Of a DNA stretch of 64,000 nucleotides, positions 1-11,647 are shown in pieces. Each line of letters starts with the position of its first letter. Position 1 is the first letter of the stretch. The notes under the pieces are model-generated. The model ran no database searches, was not told the DNA's origin, and worked only from the letters and a program-made list of their open reading frames with translations. The stretch is from Leucoraja ocellata (Eukaryota), in contig JAWMAR010000751.1 in NCBI GenBank assembly GCA_036785375.1, forward strand, positions 186,001-250,000, in the 5' to 3' direction. The position numbers and the translations under genes were made by a program.

Positions 1-414
1 TGGTTGCTGAAACCCCAGCGGCCGGTAGCAAGCAATTAAACTTGGAAGTGTGCAATAAGATGGAACTAAAAGAACGCATATTTCCAAATTGTGGGACTGG
101 AACAGGTTAGAGAATGGGAAGGAAAAATCGATCGCAAATTTAAAAAAAAAAAAAAAGGGTAAATGTATATCCTTGGGTAGAAACCACAGAAACACGAAGA
201 CGACAAGCTAGGAATCAGAATCAGGGGAGAGTATTACCTCAGGGTACAATACAAAAGACTGTCTGTCCAGAGGTACTTTGGAATAGTTGTGTCTGGAGGC
301 GACAACAGCAAAGGTGTGAGAATCAGCAAGTGAACCTAGGCATGGAAATGTTTCAAAGGGACGGTGGGGGGAGGGGGAAAATATGATTTTTGCTGACAGC
401 AGTCAAGGTCTAAA

Positions 415-665
415 ACTCACCCGAGTACTGGAGTGACCCAGTGGGCCTCTTCTTTGGACTTGTTTGGGGAGAGGGGGAAGGAAAGCTGAAAGCGAGGAGG
501 GACAGGGAAGTAATGGCAAGTAATAGGTGGTTATAGTTTGGGAGGAGGGGGGAGAGAGATATAGGTGCGAGTCTAGTTGGAGGAAAATATTTGGTGGTTA
601 CCTACAATTGGAGAATGTAGTGTTCATACTGTTGGGTTGTAAGCTACCCAAGCAGATTACGAGGG
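415..665 (-). mobile_element. Degenerate 3' end of an older Penelope-like element
   Basis: The reverse complement of ~598-663 translates to LVICLGSLQPNSMNTTFSNCR*, matching the C-terminus LIFRLGSLHPGGMNIEFSQFC* of the Penelope copy at 9.4 kb. It is followed by a pyrimidine-rich tail and decayed terminal-repeat sequence. Confidence 0.65.
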
Positions 666-1407
666 GCACTGGTCGTTATATTATATAACCTTGGCAGAAA
701 ATAATTCTCTCTCTCTACCTAATAAGCAAAAGAGGCACAAATGCCATTGAAACCCTTGGATTAGGGTCAGGTTGGAGGTATTCCACAAAATATATATTTG
801 ATACTCTCACTTGCAACACCATTTGGCTACATTTGAATGCAAGGTAAAAAGGCAAGATAATGAGTTCAACATCACAATGTTCCAGAAAGGGTAATCGCTT
901 TTATTGCATTTCAAATGCAACTACCAAGAGCATTGATTTTAGTTCTCTTCATTACTATTCTTCAGATCAGGTTTCATGCCTCATTCACTCAAATTAAAAA
1001 AGCATAACTTTATCATCATGGTTTGAGTTAATGAAAAGTTTGGCAAACTTCTCCATCTTGGAGATCTGAAAAGTATGGGATGAGAACAATTACATTTTCT
1101 TCATGACGTTCAGATAAATTACCAGAAAGGAAGCACCCAAAGAGCTTACCACCAGATTACCAGAGGAGAAGAAATGCATTTATTTAGTTTCACAGCCCAT
1201 TAGCCCACAGCAAATATGCTAGTTTTCCAAAATACATCAAATTATCTGACAGCTAGCCCATGCATACTGCCAGCCTATTTCTAGCATTCTGAACTTGAGG
1301 GGAACCAGATCAAATCTACCCTCAAGTGTTTTAGCAAGGTGTAGTAGTAGTTCCAAACACTCTTAATCCTTCCAAGAAAAAGATTTAATGTAGATATATA
1401 TTATTAC

Positions 1408-1476
1408 CTGGCTGAAGACATAAACAAGTCGCCCATTAATTTGGCCCTGACCAGTCACAACGCTGTCACCAGGAAA
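1408..1476 (-). CDS. PCCB: Propionyl-CoA carboxylase beta chain, exon 3 ([23 protein letters not shown])
   Basis: 69 nt, flanked by tttcag and gtaata, phase 0/0. The peptide matches the PCCB carboxyltransferase domain. Exon 4 was not found and probably lies left of the window. Confidence 0.96.
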
Positions 1477-1559
1477 CTGAAAGAGCCATAAATAAGAATG
1501 AACCAATAAGTTAGTGAAAAATCTTTTCAAATACTGTAATAACAGGAATGAAGTTAGGA

Positions 1560-1692
1560 GTAGAAACAAAAAACTGCAGATGCTGGTTAAGGCACAAAAG
1601 GACACAAAGTGCTGGAGTAACTCAGCAGGTCAGGCAGCATCACTGGACAGCGTGGTTAGGTGATGTTTTGGGTCGAGATACTTCTTCAGATT
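1560..1692 (-). mobile_element. Penelope-terminal-repeat-derived short element with degenerate hammerhead-like core
   Basis: gacacaaagtgctggagtaactcagcaggtcaggcagcatc...ttcttcag, homologous to 9610-9740; the GAAA of the core is mutated. Confidence 0.75.
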
Positions 1693-2319
1693 CTTGTTCC
1701 GGAACTGGGCCTGGAATCCAGGTGAGTTGACGGCCCTAGCCCACGGGCAGCAGGAGTGCATTAAACGTCGATGGTGGCTGCGGTAGGCAAGGCCTGGAAG
1801 AGGTCATAGTAGCAGTGGGGGCCGGGGTGGCGATGGTAGCCCAGCCTGGTGGTGAATGTTGGTAGGTCCAGATTGGGGGTGTCTGGGGTAGGGGTGCAGG
1901 CCGAAGGTGATCTTGGTAGCCCGGCCTTCAAGCGGCCAAGAGTTGGTGTCAGCAGCCCGGCCTGCACGCGTCCATGGTGGCAGTACGGGCCGGGGGTGGC
2001 ATCAGCAGACCAGCCAGAGAGGCCGTGCGATGTCAGCTGCCCGGCTTGGAAGCAGCTGGGAAGGCAGTGTGGGCAGGGGATGGCATTGGCAGCCGAGCCT
2101 GGCAGTGAAGGTTACCAGGTCCGGCCTGGAAGTGGCTGGCATGGTGATCTAGGCTGGAGGGTGGTGTCGGCAGCCTCAGTTACTTCAGCACTTTGTGAGC
2201 TTCGTCATTACACAAGTTTTGATCAAAGACATTGCTTATCATTTTCAATACCTGTCAATTTCAATAACCAGCAGTTGTGTTTTTAAAGAGACAGTGGTGT
2301 TTGATTACTGTGGGGATGC

Positions 2320-2377
2320 TCCGTCCACTATAATTGAAATTGGTTATGAAGAGGTCTGAGATAACGAGGGTTTACTG
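2320..2377 (-). mobile_element. Possible Tc1/mariner (pogo/Tigger-like) terminal inverted repeat; the GC-rich block 1700-2190 may be internal sequence
   Basis: The reverse complement reads TA+CAGTAAACCCTCGTTAT, a typical Tigger-like end. No partner TIR was found. Confidence 0.4.
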
Positions 2378-3195
2378 TACAATACAATCCCCCCTCCCAC
2401 TCCCCCTCAAAGGAAATGCATGTCCGTGTCAGAAAGAGTTAGGCATTACGAACATTTGAACATGGTCAAGTTCCTTTATTGCTGTCCTTTCAGAAATAAT
2501 CAGCATGTTGATCATGATTATTCACAATTCAAGATGTTTACCCAATTCAGCGAATACACAGATCCATAAACATTCTGATTAGATGGTTGAGTTACAATTT
2601 CCTCTCAAGAACATTGCATCATATGGCAGTTGTGATTCACAGAAAGATTTCTTCTGCTTATTTGCTAGCACAACACTTTATAGGGACTATTGTAACACTA
2701 AATTTATAAATGCAATTCCATCCTGCACTCAAAAGATGTAACGAAAGAATTCTGTACACCAGGTCAAAATCAAGAAAGTACATAAAACAAATTAAGATGG
2801 AAGTAAAACAATTGTGAGTGAAGGTTAGTTTTTCTTCTTCAAATTCCAAGCTTTTACTGGATTATACTCATGCTACGAAAGTCATTTAATCCTCCACCCC
2901 CCATCTCCATTTGTTTTAAGGTTGAGGAGAATACCTTTTCTACAGTTGGCCATTTCAATGTCAACCAGACAGGGAGTACTTCAAACTGACCAGAATATTT
3001 GTTCAGAAGTTAACTGGCTCCAAAGAGTTCTGGTCAATTTGAAGGACTCTCTATCTGCGAGACATTGGAATCACCAAATGTTGTAAAGGTATGCTACTCA
3101 ACCTCAAAACAAAAATGTAATGATGGATCGTTGCTCTTGTAAGGACAACCATTACAAAAATATAACTCATGCCATTTCTACACATCGTACCATAC

Positions 3196-3315
3196 CTTAT
3201 TGTCTTCTGTGCCCATACCAAAATCTGAGCATCTGTGTTCAACAAACTTGTCATATTCTACAAAGGTGTCAGGGTCCAGGAGCAGCTGGATACGTTCCCT
3301 GGCAGTCAGCTTCCC
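3196..3315 (-). CDS. PCCB: PCCB exon 2 ([40 protein letters not shown])
   Basis: Translated by hand (not in the ORF track). 120 nt, flanked by cttag and gtatgg, phase 0/0. Contains the GKLTARERI motif of the carboxyltransferase. Confidence 0.97.
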
Positions 3316-3554
3316 CTAAGTAGAGAGTAAACCACAATTAATGTCATTCGTATAGATTAAATTATATTTTCCTCCCCAGAAACATGAATGGGAAGTGGTA
3401 AACGGAAACAAAGAATGAATGCATCCAGTGTATTTTCATAAGAACAGCCAAAGTTTCATGTACACAGTGTACACGCTGTCAAGAATTTGGCACCTATTTC
3501 AAAGCAGAAATAAAAAAGTTTATTTATTCTGTGGTGTAGCTGGTAACCATATTT

Positions 3555-3730
3555 ACTTTTTGGTTTTAGAGATACAGCGCGGAAACAGGCCCTTCGACCT
3601 ACAGAGTCCGTACCAACCAGTGATCCCCGCACACTAACACTATCCTACACACCAGGGACAATAGTCGAACCCAGATCTCTGGGGCTGTAAAGCAGCAATT
3701 CTACCACTGCACTACCATGCCACCCCTGTA
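3555..3730 (-). mobile_element. Internally deleted HE1-like V-SINE (CR1-type tail)
   Basis: ttttagagatacagcgcggaaacaggcccttcg...cactatcctacacac, homologous to the fuller copy at 51380-51701. Confidence 0.75.
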
Positions 3731-3759
3731 GTAACCTTTATTGCATAATCTTTATGGGC

Positions 3760-4040
3760 TCAATCCTGACCTCAGGTGGTGTCTGTGTAATGTTTGCATA
3801 TTCTGCTTGTAAGCCCCATGGTTTTCTGCTGGCTTGCTTCCAATTTCCTCCCACATCCTGAACAGATGCTGGTGGTTTTACGGATAATTGTAAATTACCG
3901 CACGATGCAGGTAAGAGGCAAAAAACCCCCCAACAAGTTTCAGTGGTAGGCATGTGAGAGAGAATGGATTACAGGAAAGCAAGGAATGATGGGATTGAAC
4001 TGCTCGGACCAGCATGAATCAGATGAGCCAAATGGCCTCT
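3760..4040 (+). mobile_element. Older V-SINE-like fragment
   Basis: ctcaatcctgacctcaggtgg..tgtctgtgt..tttgcatattct..tttcctcccacatcc, resembling a decayed B-box and V-domain. Confidence 0.55.
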
Positions 4041-4667
4041 TGATTGTAATTATCACAGCACAGAAGTAGTATTTTACACCCATGCTTAATTGGAATACAA
4101 TGTCAGTTATACGAGACTTTTGCCCAAACAGTCTGTGACCCATAGCGCTATGTTTAAACCCCATAGTGCTGCAGCCGACAGGTTTGTTTAAATTTCCAAG
4201 CGCTAAGCCGACAACGCTCTGTTTAAACCTTTGCACGCTAAACCGGCAGCGCTGTGTGTATCGCTTTGCGTGGCAAGTCTGTAGCGCGGTGTACTGCTTT
4301 ACACGTCAGTCTATGTCTGATAGAGCTTTGTTCCCAAAGAGGGTGGGGCCTCACTCGGATGCAGTCCCTTGCCATAGGTTATAGTTTGAATTTGGGAGCA
4401 GCGCTATTGGACAGGACTTACCGGAGGCAGAGAGAGGTGTGCTGCTGTAAACCGGACCCCACGCATAACAAAACAAGTATTGTTTTTGTTCTCTCTGCCA
4501 ATAAAACAGATTTGCCTTTTCCTGTCCTACTAGTCAAATCCTTGAACCCGTTCCCTTGCAACAATGTCACATCGATGAAATAAATTAATGAGACAAGAAG
4601 ACATTATTTTTACCTAGAAAGTGGTGAATCAGAGTTCATGAGGGCTGTAGAGGCTCAATTAGATTAT

Positions 4668-5655
4668 ACTCAGGAACCAGCTCATGAGCCACCTCTCTGA
4701 ACTTCCTGTGGGAATCAGTGAGCGTCTCGCGACCATCCTTCTAGTTCTTGCCAGCAACCAGATGGCAACAGTTGAGTGCCTATGCCCCTCTGAAGAGGAA
4801 GTAAAAGAGACCTTCTACGCCTACTTGGACGAGACACTGTTTAAAATCCCCAGGGAGGATAAGATTATTCCCCTAGGAGACTTCAACGCCAGGGTCGGCC
4901 GGGACCAACACCTCTGGAAGGGTACCATAGGAAAGGAAGGCATCGGGAACATCAACTCCAATGGAGCTCTGCTTCTCAGCAAATGTGCTCAGCACGAAAC
5001 TCGTCATCACTAACACCCTCTTTCACCAGAAAAACAAACTAAAGGCATCTTGGAGACACCCACGCTCCAAACAGTGGCATCTCATTGATTCATGTCATTG
5101 TGAACATCACAAGGGCCATGATCGATACAGATGACTGCTGGACAGATCATCGCCTCATCCGCTCCATGATGTCCATCAATCTCAAGAAGAAGAGGATTCA
5201 AACAAAGCAGATCCAGCCAAGGCTGAACCTTGAAAGCCTGGAGGAAACTGCCACCCAGCAGCGATTTCTGGCTTCTCTTGGGGAAAGCCTCCAACAGGAA
5301 TATCCTGATGATATTGAAGGGCACTGGAGATGATTCAAATCCACTGTCCTTGATACCAGTAAAAACATCCTTGGGTGCAAGTCCAGAAAACACTAGGACT
5401 GGTTTGACGAGAATGACACAGAGATAGAACAGCTCATCTCCAAGACAAGGAAAGCCTTTTGTGCCTGGCAAAATGATGTAACCTGCAACTCTAAAAGAGC
5501 GGCTCACTCCAGAGCCAAGGCGGACGCCCAGAGGACCTTTTGGTGGACAGATAAGGCTCTGGAAATCCAGAGACTGGAAGACATCTGCAGACCCACAAGT
5601 AGACGACCCTTTGGAGAGGGCAGTCATACTCGTTTCGAGTGACTGCTGATGACTC
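4668..5655 (+). mobile_element. RTE-clade (BovB-like) LINE remnant: APE endonuclease with frameshifts, RT deleted, 3' tail retained
   Basis: ORFs contain LPVGISERL, KETFY..L, LGDFNARVG and NSNGALLL. Adjacent frames give ITNTLF, WRHPRSKQWHLID and CWTDHRL. The element ends in gactgctgatga. Confidence 0.85.
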
Positions 5656-5957
5656 ATGACAGAATGTCAGGTTTCTTAGATATTACGAAATCAAGGTTTG
5701 TGAGATTAGGGCAGGAAAGAGTAGAAAGATCTGCTTCAATCTTGAGGAATGAGGGGCTGTATGGCCTACTCCTGCTTCGGTTTCTTATGCTCCAACATTT
5801 TTGAAGAGTCTTCCTTCAGTTTTTCAAAATAAATAAAACACTAAAATGACAATGTATTAGTTATCAAGAAGCAGAAATATACAAAATTAAAATTCTATTG
5901 TATAGTTAAATGAACGAGATATTTATTTGACTGGAGGTTTAATTCTATAAGAGCAAT

Positions 5958-6462
5958 GTTTTAGTTTAGTTTATTATTGTTACGTATATCGAGGCACAGC
6001 GAGAAGCTTTTGCTTGCGTGCTATCCTGTAAAAAAAAGACTCTACATGATTACAATCAAGCCGTCCACAGTGCAGATAAAGGATACAACATTTAGGGCAA
6101 GATAAAGTCAGATTAAATATAGTTGCCTCCAAAGAGGTAGATGAGAGGTCAGGATTGCACTCTAGCTGATGAGAGGACAGTTTAGTTGCCTGATAACATT
6201 AGGGAAGAAACTGTTGCTGAATCTGGTGGTGTTCATCTTCACATTACAGTACCTCTTGCCTGATGGAAGAGGGGAGGAGGAGGAGTGACTGGGGTGAGAC
6301 CGGTCCTTGATTATGCTGGCGGCCTTGCCTGAAGTGGAGATGGAGTCAATGGAAGGGAGATTAGTTTGCTCGATGGTCTGGCCTATGTTCACAGCACTCT
6401 GCAATTATTTGCAGTGTTGGATGGAGCTGATCCCAAACCAAGCTGGGATGCATCCCGATAAA
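5958..6462 (-). mobile_element. 3' fragment of a Rex1/Babar-like LINE
   Basis: ORF 6162-6404 contains KAASIIKDRSHPSHS...LPSGKRY...TTRFSNSFFP, the typical C-terminus, followed by a 3' UTR with aataa and a (ctaaa)n-like tail. Confidence 0.8.
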
Positions 6463-6894
6463 AATGCAAACCTGCAGCTGAATAATAAAGCTCCAGAAAA
6501 TGGTGAACCAAAATTCTCACTAAGTCACCTGCACCCAAAGATTTATTCGATTGAATTTTTAATTTTTTTAATTTATGTCATGCACAAATAATACATTCCA
6601 AAAAGAATTACTTCTACATTGTCTGTAATCAATTGAACAAGAAAAACCAAGAACAAGAATTAACAAAGATGCTAAATTATATAATAGTAATTTTTAACCA
6701 GAATTTATTATTCTTAAAATGCGATCACAACAATGGCAAACAGCATTTGTTGCTATTAGAATCGAGGATTTTTAAATACAAGACCACATCCATGGTCAGG
6801 TCTTGGTTCCATTCCAGAGAACTATTCATACTATAACTCAAACAGTTTGCACAATTGCTGCCTGACCCACGGAGTTCCTCCAACACTATGTTAT

Positions 6895-7560
6895 ACAATG
6901 GATATGCATACTCGGGTGTTTGCAGGTTTGCAGCACACGGGATCTTTCAAAGTGACTGCAGTAGATCTCTCGAATTTTTCTCAATTTGCTGCTTACCACT
7001 GCATCAGAAGAGGGGATCCATGAACTTTATATTTCAGCTACGAAACGGGTGTCACCCCTTGCCATTAAGATTGCCCACTATTTCTGTCTTCGAACATGTG
7101 CAGAAAGCTACAAATTGTATTTGTATGCCACTGAAGGAATCCCATTAATGATCCAGTTCTTTTCATCAACAAGAAACATTTCCAATACCTATATTATTAG
7201 GTGGGCATGGATCATGAACAATGCCATGCTGCCACAAAGAACACACGTCACCTTCATCCTCAAGTGGACTGAACTGCTAGACATATTCAGTAACCAAGTC
7301 AGCCTCAACAGATACACGCTGGGGGACTGTGGTTACTCTGGGCTACCTTGGTTACTCAGGACTACCTTGATTACTCACTTTAGTGCAACTTGGAATCATA
7401 ATAATCGAGCAGATATAATGAGAAACACACAATGACCAGAATTGTTGTTGAAAACAAAAACACCATTGGTCCAAAATGAGAAGCCGCTGCTTACATCAGT
7501 TCCAGGATACCCTGCAGAATTCACAGGGTGGTTTTATGCTGCTTGATCTAGCCAATCAAA
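6895..7560 (+). mobile_element. Fossil PIF/Harbinger (HARBI1-like DDE_Tnp_4) transposase
   Basis: Colinear degenerate motifs across frames: RFAAHGIFQ (cf. FxxxGSFQ), LGDCGYSGLPWLL (cf. LGDSGYxLxPWLL), HNNRA, TRIVVE..TIG and RSRCL. Confidence 0.7.
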
Positions 7561-7869
7561 GACAGAGTGCAAGCGAGATCCAGAGCCAAAGGTCATGATA
7601 CAGAGCCTAATGAAAAGCAAGAGAAAGACCAGTAATTAGGACTTTCAGCATGTCCCCATTGCCTTGTTTCCCAGATCACATGATAATGCATGTATGAGAT
7701 GAGACTTCTCAGTTTATTTCTAACAACGAACCCACAACATTATAGCCCGTAGTGCAACTCCAATGATCGTCTGCATAAATCATGGATTACATCAGAGCAC
7801 ACCAATGATCAGGCAGAGGTACCCAAACAACACATCGCACTCTCACACACTGTTTTGTATGCTACCAGC

Positions 7870-7985
7870 ATGTTCAGTTCAGTTTAGTTTATTGTCACGT
7901 GTACCAATCTACAGTGAAAAGCTTTTGTTGTGTGCTAACCAGTCAGTGGAAAGTTAATACATGGTTACAATCAAGCCATTCACAA
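7870..7985 (-). mobile_element. Rex1/Babar-like 3' tail fragment
   Basis: ttcagtttagtttattgtcacgtgtacc...gaaaagcttttgttg..gctaaccagtcag, homologous to 5960-6070. Confidence 0.65.
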
Positions 7986-8267
7986 AGTTGCCTGGGTTGG
8001 GCACCATCAAGCCCGCCAACAGGACATTAATAAATTAATTTATCATCCAAATTTCTGAAGAGTACAGACTTTTGAATGCATTACAAACCCAGAGAGGAAA
8101 TAAGAAATTGTCAGATAATTGCAAGAGGAATACATTGATACAGCAATCAAGAACCAAGAAAATAATAAATAAATCCCCCTAAAGCAGAGGGAGTGATGAG
8201 TTCTAGGTCCTGGAGTTTGAAGATTATGGGATTACGGTGTTGAACATGGAGCTATAGTCAATAAATA

Positions 8268-8370
8268 GCAGTCTGAGTAAGGGTTTCGACCTGAAACATC
8301 ACCTATTCCTTCCCTCCAGAGATGCTGCCTGTCCCGCTGAGTTACTCCAGCATTTTGTGTCCATCTTTAG
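8268..8370 (+). mobile_element. Penelope-terminal-repeat-derived short element (degenerate hammerhead-like core)
   Basis: gtctgagtaagggtttcgacctgaaacatcacc...gagttactccagcattttgtgtc. Confidence 0.75.
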
Positions 8371-8657
8371 AAAAAGCTGTCAGCTTTTTTAAAAAAAATG
8401 CAATTTAAAAAAAAAATCTCATTTGTAAGATGTCAAGTCCTGAAATTGTGAATTTTTTAATCCTTCTGTTAGTTGTGACTGGTTCACAGCTAAAGAACTT
8501 TGAGCCACAAGGATATGCACAAGGTGAACTAATTAACCCTTGAATTATTGCATTTGCATCAAAAGTTTACTTGCCCAATCATAAATGAGTGAACTTAACA
8601 TGTTTTTGCTTTATTGATTCTTTTAGGCCAATGGTTATTACATTACACATTAAAATT

Positions 8658-9740
8658 ATACCCACTGACTCCCATGGCTATCTGGACTACACTTCTTCCC
8701 ACCCTGCTTCCTGTAAGGACTCCATCCCCTACTCCCAATTCCTCAGTCTACGCCGCATCTGCTCCACGGATGAGGCGTTCCACACCAGGACATCTGAAAT
8801 GTCCTCATTATTCAGGGAACGGGGGTTCCCCTCCTCCACCATAAATGAGGCTCGCACCAGGGTCTCTTCCATACCCCGCAACACTGCTCTCTCTCCCCAT
8901 CCCCCCACTCGCAACAAGGGCCGAGTCCCCCTAGTCCTCACCTTTCACCCCACCAGCCGTCACATACAAAAAGTAATCCTCCGTCAGTTTCGCCACCTCC
9001 AACGTGACCCCACCACTCGCCACATCTTCCTATCTCCCCCCATATCTGCCTTCCGCAAAGACCGCTCCCTCCATAACTCCCTTGTCAATTCTTCCCTTCC
9101 CTCTCGTACCACCCCCTCCCTTTACCTCCCCCCTCGACTCCGTTCAAGGACCCAAGCAATCGTTCCAGGTGCGACAGAGGTTTACCTGCATCTCTTCCAA
9201 CCTCATCTATTGCGTCCGCTGCTCTAGATGTCAGCAGATCTATATCGGTGAGACCAAGCGGAGGTTGGGCGATCGTTTCGCTGAACACCTCCGCTCGGTT
9301 CGCAATAACCAAGCTGACCTCCCGGTGGCTCAGCACTTCAACTCCCCCTCCCACTCCGTCTCCGACCTCTCTGTCCTGGGTCTCCTCCATGGCCACAGCG
9401 AGCAGCACCGGAAATTGGAGGAACAGCACCTCATATTCCGTTTGGGGAGTCTGCATCCTGGGGGCATGAACATCGAATTCTCCCAATTTTGTTAGCCCTT
9501 GCTGTCTCCTCCCCTTCCTCAGTCCCCCTGCTGTCTCCTCCCATCCCCCAGCCTTCGGGCTCCTCCTCCTTTTTCCTTTCTTGTCCCCGCCCACCCCCGC
9601 CCCCGATCAGTCTGAAGAAGGGTTTCGGCCCGAAACGTTGCCTATTTCCTTCGCTCCATAGATGCTGCTGCACCCGCTGAGTTTCTCCAGCTTTTTTGTG
9701 TACCTTCGATTCTCCAGCATCTGCAGTTCCTTCTTAAACA
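8658..9740 (+). mobile_element. 5'-truncated Penelope-like retroelement: RT thumb, GIY-YIG endonuclease and terminal repeat; antisense within PCCB intron 1
   Basis: PTDSHGYLDYTSSHP..SIPYSQFL.LRRICS (Penelope RT C-terminus) and NLIYCVRCSRCQQIYIGETKRRLGDRFAEH...VAQHFN (GIY-YIG), with a frame break near 9120. A 13-nt direct repeat, acacattaaaatt, lies at 8645-8657 and 9738-9750. Confidence 0.92.
9608..9643 (+). ncRNA. Minimal hammerhead ribozyme-like motif in the Penelope terminal repeat
   Basis: CTGAAGA-A-GGG(tttcgg)CCC-GAAA-C-GTT: CUGANGA, stem II, GAAA, palindromic ACGT stem III and an NUH triplet. Confidence 0.7.
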
Positions 9741-10567
9741 CATTAAAATTGATTTGCAGCCAATAATAAAAAGGAAGCTAATTCATTTTGACAAAACCAA
9801 AGCAAGCAATTTAAATGATAAAAAGCAGGAAGTACTCATCTGTTATGAGTGTAAAAGAGTTGATGTTTCAAATCCATAGCCTTTTAGAAGCACATCTGAC
9901 CTTTAGACGAAAGGTCAGCAACCTGGAACATCAACTGTTCCACTCTTCACATAAGGTGCCGAGCACTTCCAGAGTTTTCTGCTTTTATTTGAGGATTTCT
10001 AGCATTAGTAGATGTTTCCCCGTTGCAGAAACAATCTAAAGGAAACAGTATTTCAAAAAATAAACCAGGTGTTGAATTAGAGACCATGCTATGGAAACAA
10101 TGGAAGCAAGGAGCTATATTTTGTTTCTATTTAATGATTGCGGTAATGTTAATACCTACTTTATCTCAGACATACAAATTGTTGATACCAGAACATAGTT
10201 TTTCTGAATTTATGATAAGATGGGTGATAGCTCATGAATATGACAGGAGAGACTGCAGAACTGGAATCATGTGGAAAAAACAAGGTGCTGGCGGATTTCA
10301 ATAGGTCAAACAACATCTGTGGAGGGAGTAGACGGACGACATTTCAGGTCAGTATCCATCTTCAGAGTAGGGAGGGAGCATTCTGAAAATTACGAATGGG
10401 TTCACCATTGTCCTAATAATGTTACCGACAGAAATCCAGAACTGAGAAAATAATTTTTTAAAAAGAGCAAATTCCTCTACAGCATGGTAACAAATGTGTG
10501 CACTTCTAGTTATTACCCATCAGTTTTTTACATCACAAAAATAATGAAAAAAAGATGAGTAAATGCT

Positions 10568-10658
10568 AAGGTACACAAAATTGCTGGATAAACTCAGCGG
10601 GTGCAGCAGCATCTATGGAGCGAAGAAAATAGGCGACGTTTCGGGCCGAAACCCTTCA
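10568..10658 (-). mobile_element. Penelope terminal-repeat fragment truncated within the hammerhead-like core
   Basis: Close match to the reverse complement of ~9617-9705; CTGA is lost. Confidence 0.8.
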
Positions 10659-11184
10659 TTTCTCCAGTGAGGCATATACGTTGACATTTACTTTTCACTA
10701 GTTAAGACTCAATAGTTATTTGTTTTTTTTTCCCTCAAACAACTGGCCATTAAACATCCATCAAAAAAAATAGTATCTAAAACCAGTTATCTGGCATAAT
10801 ACTAAGAAAAATGCTATTTTTACACCGGAGCCTTGTAAATACCATCTGGAAATTTGAACTCATTCGCGTTATCATCGGTTTCATGCCCGTCCTTAAGAAA
10901 CAATGTTTTACACTTTTTAAAACATGTAGATCTTATACATAAAATGAGTCTCCAATAAATTGTCAGTCTCCAATGAATATGTAACGATCGCCTAATGACC
11001 CAATGTTGACGAAATTCGCAAATTCAAGATATATTTTAACACTAATGAGAATAAACACAGGAACGTTAATAAAATCTGGCAATACACCATTATGTGTTCA
11101 TCATTAACGTGCTGAGAAATTAAATTATGTGTTTAAAAGTGAAGTTGCAAAATTCCGATGAAGGTTGATCGGCAGGAAGCGTAC

Positions 11185-11340
11185 AAGGACACAAAGTGCT
11201 GGAATAACTCAGCAGATCAGGCGGCATCCACCGGAGAACAAGGGTAGGTGACGTTTCGGGTGGAGTCACGGTCATCAAACGTTATATTTTCGTGCTCCAC
11301 AGATGCTGCCTGACTTGCTGACTATTTCTGGCGTTATTTT
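11185..11340. mobile_element. Fold-back (head-to-head) Penelope-terminal-repeat element, diverged
   Basis: A minus-orientation arm (gacacaaagtgctgg...gacgtttcggg) followed by a plus-orientation arm (aaacgtt...gatgctgcctgacttgctga). Confidence 0.7.
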
Positions 11341-11647
11341 TGTTATTTGGAAGTCTCACATAATTGTTACAAAGATGCCTTTAAGCAGCACCACCAAATA
11401 TCACCCCAGGAAAATGTAAGCGATCGTCGCACTACCCAGCAAATGACACTGATAACATAAGTGACAAATGTCATCAATGAATGCCTCCCAGTCTGGCACC
11501 AGAAGGGGTACCTACCGAAGGGGTACCTACTAGACCAAGGACATATCGAAAATAAACAGAACGTTTAGAAAAGGAAGGTAATAATTAAACATATGCCAGA
11601 GTTGCCGTAAAGGCGTTTTGTAAATACAGACGATGTCTCAAACATAC

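Noticed and set aside
1761-2286. GC-rich ORFs in PCCB intron 2
   Set aside because: No homology or splice support; probably internal sequence of a repeat.
4138-4260. CRISPR-like array of ~35-bp units
   Set aside because: The units are degenerate tandem repeats without unique spacers, the context is eukaryotic, and there are no cas genes.
11502-11530. 14-nt tandem duplication gaaggggtacctac (also an ~18-nt duplication near 52962)
   Set aside because: Ordinary small local duplications with no further structure.
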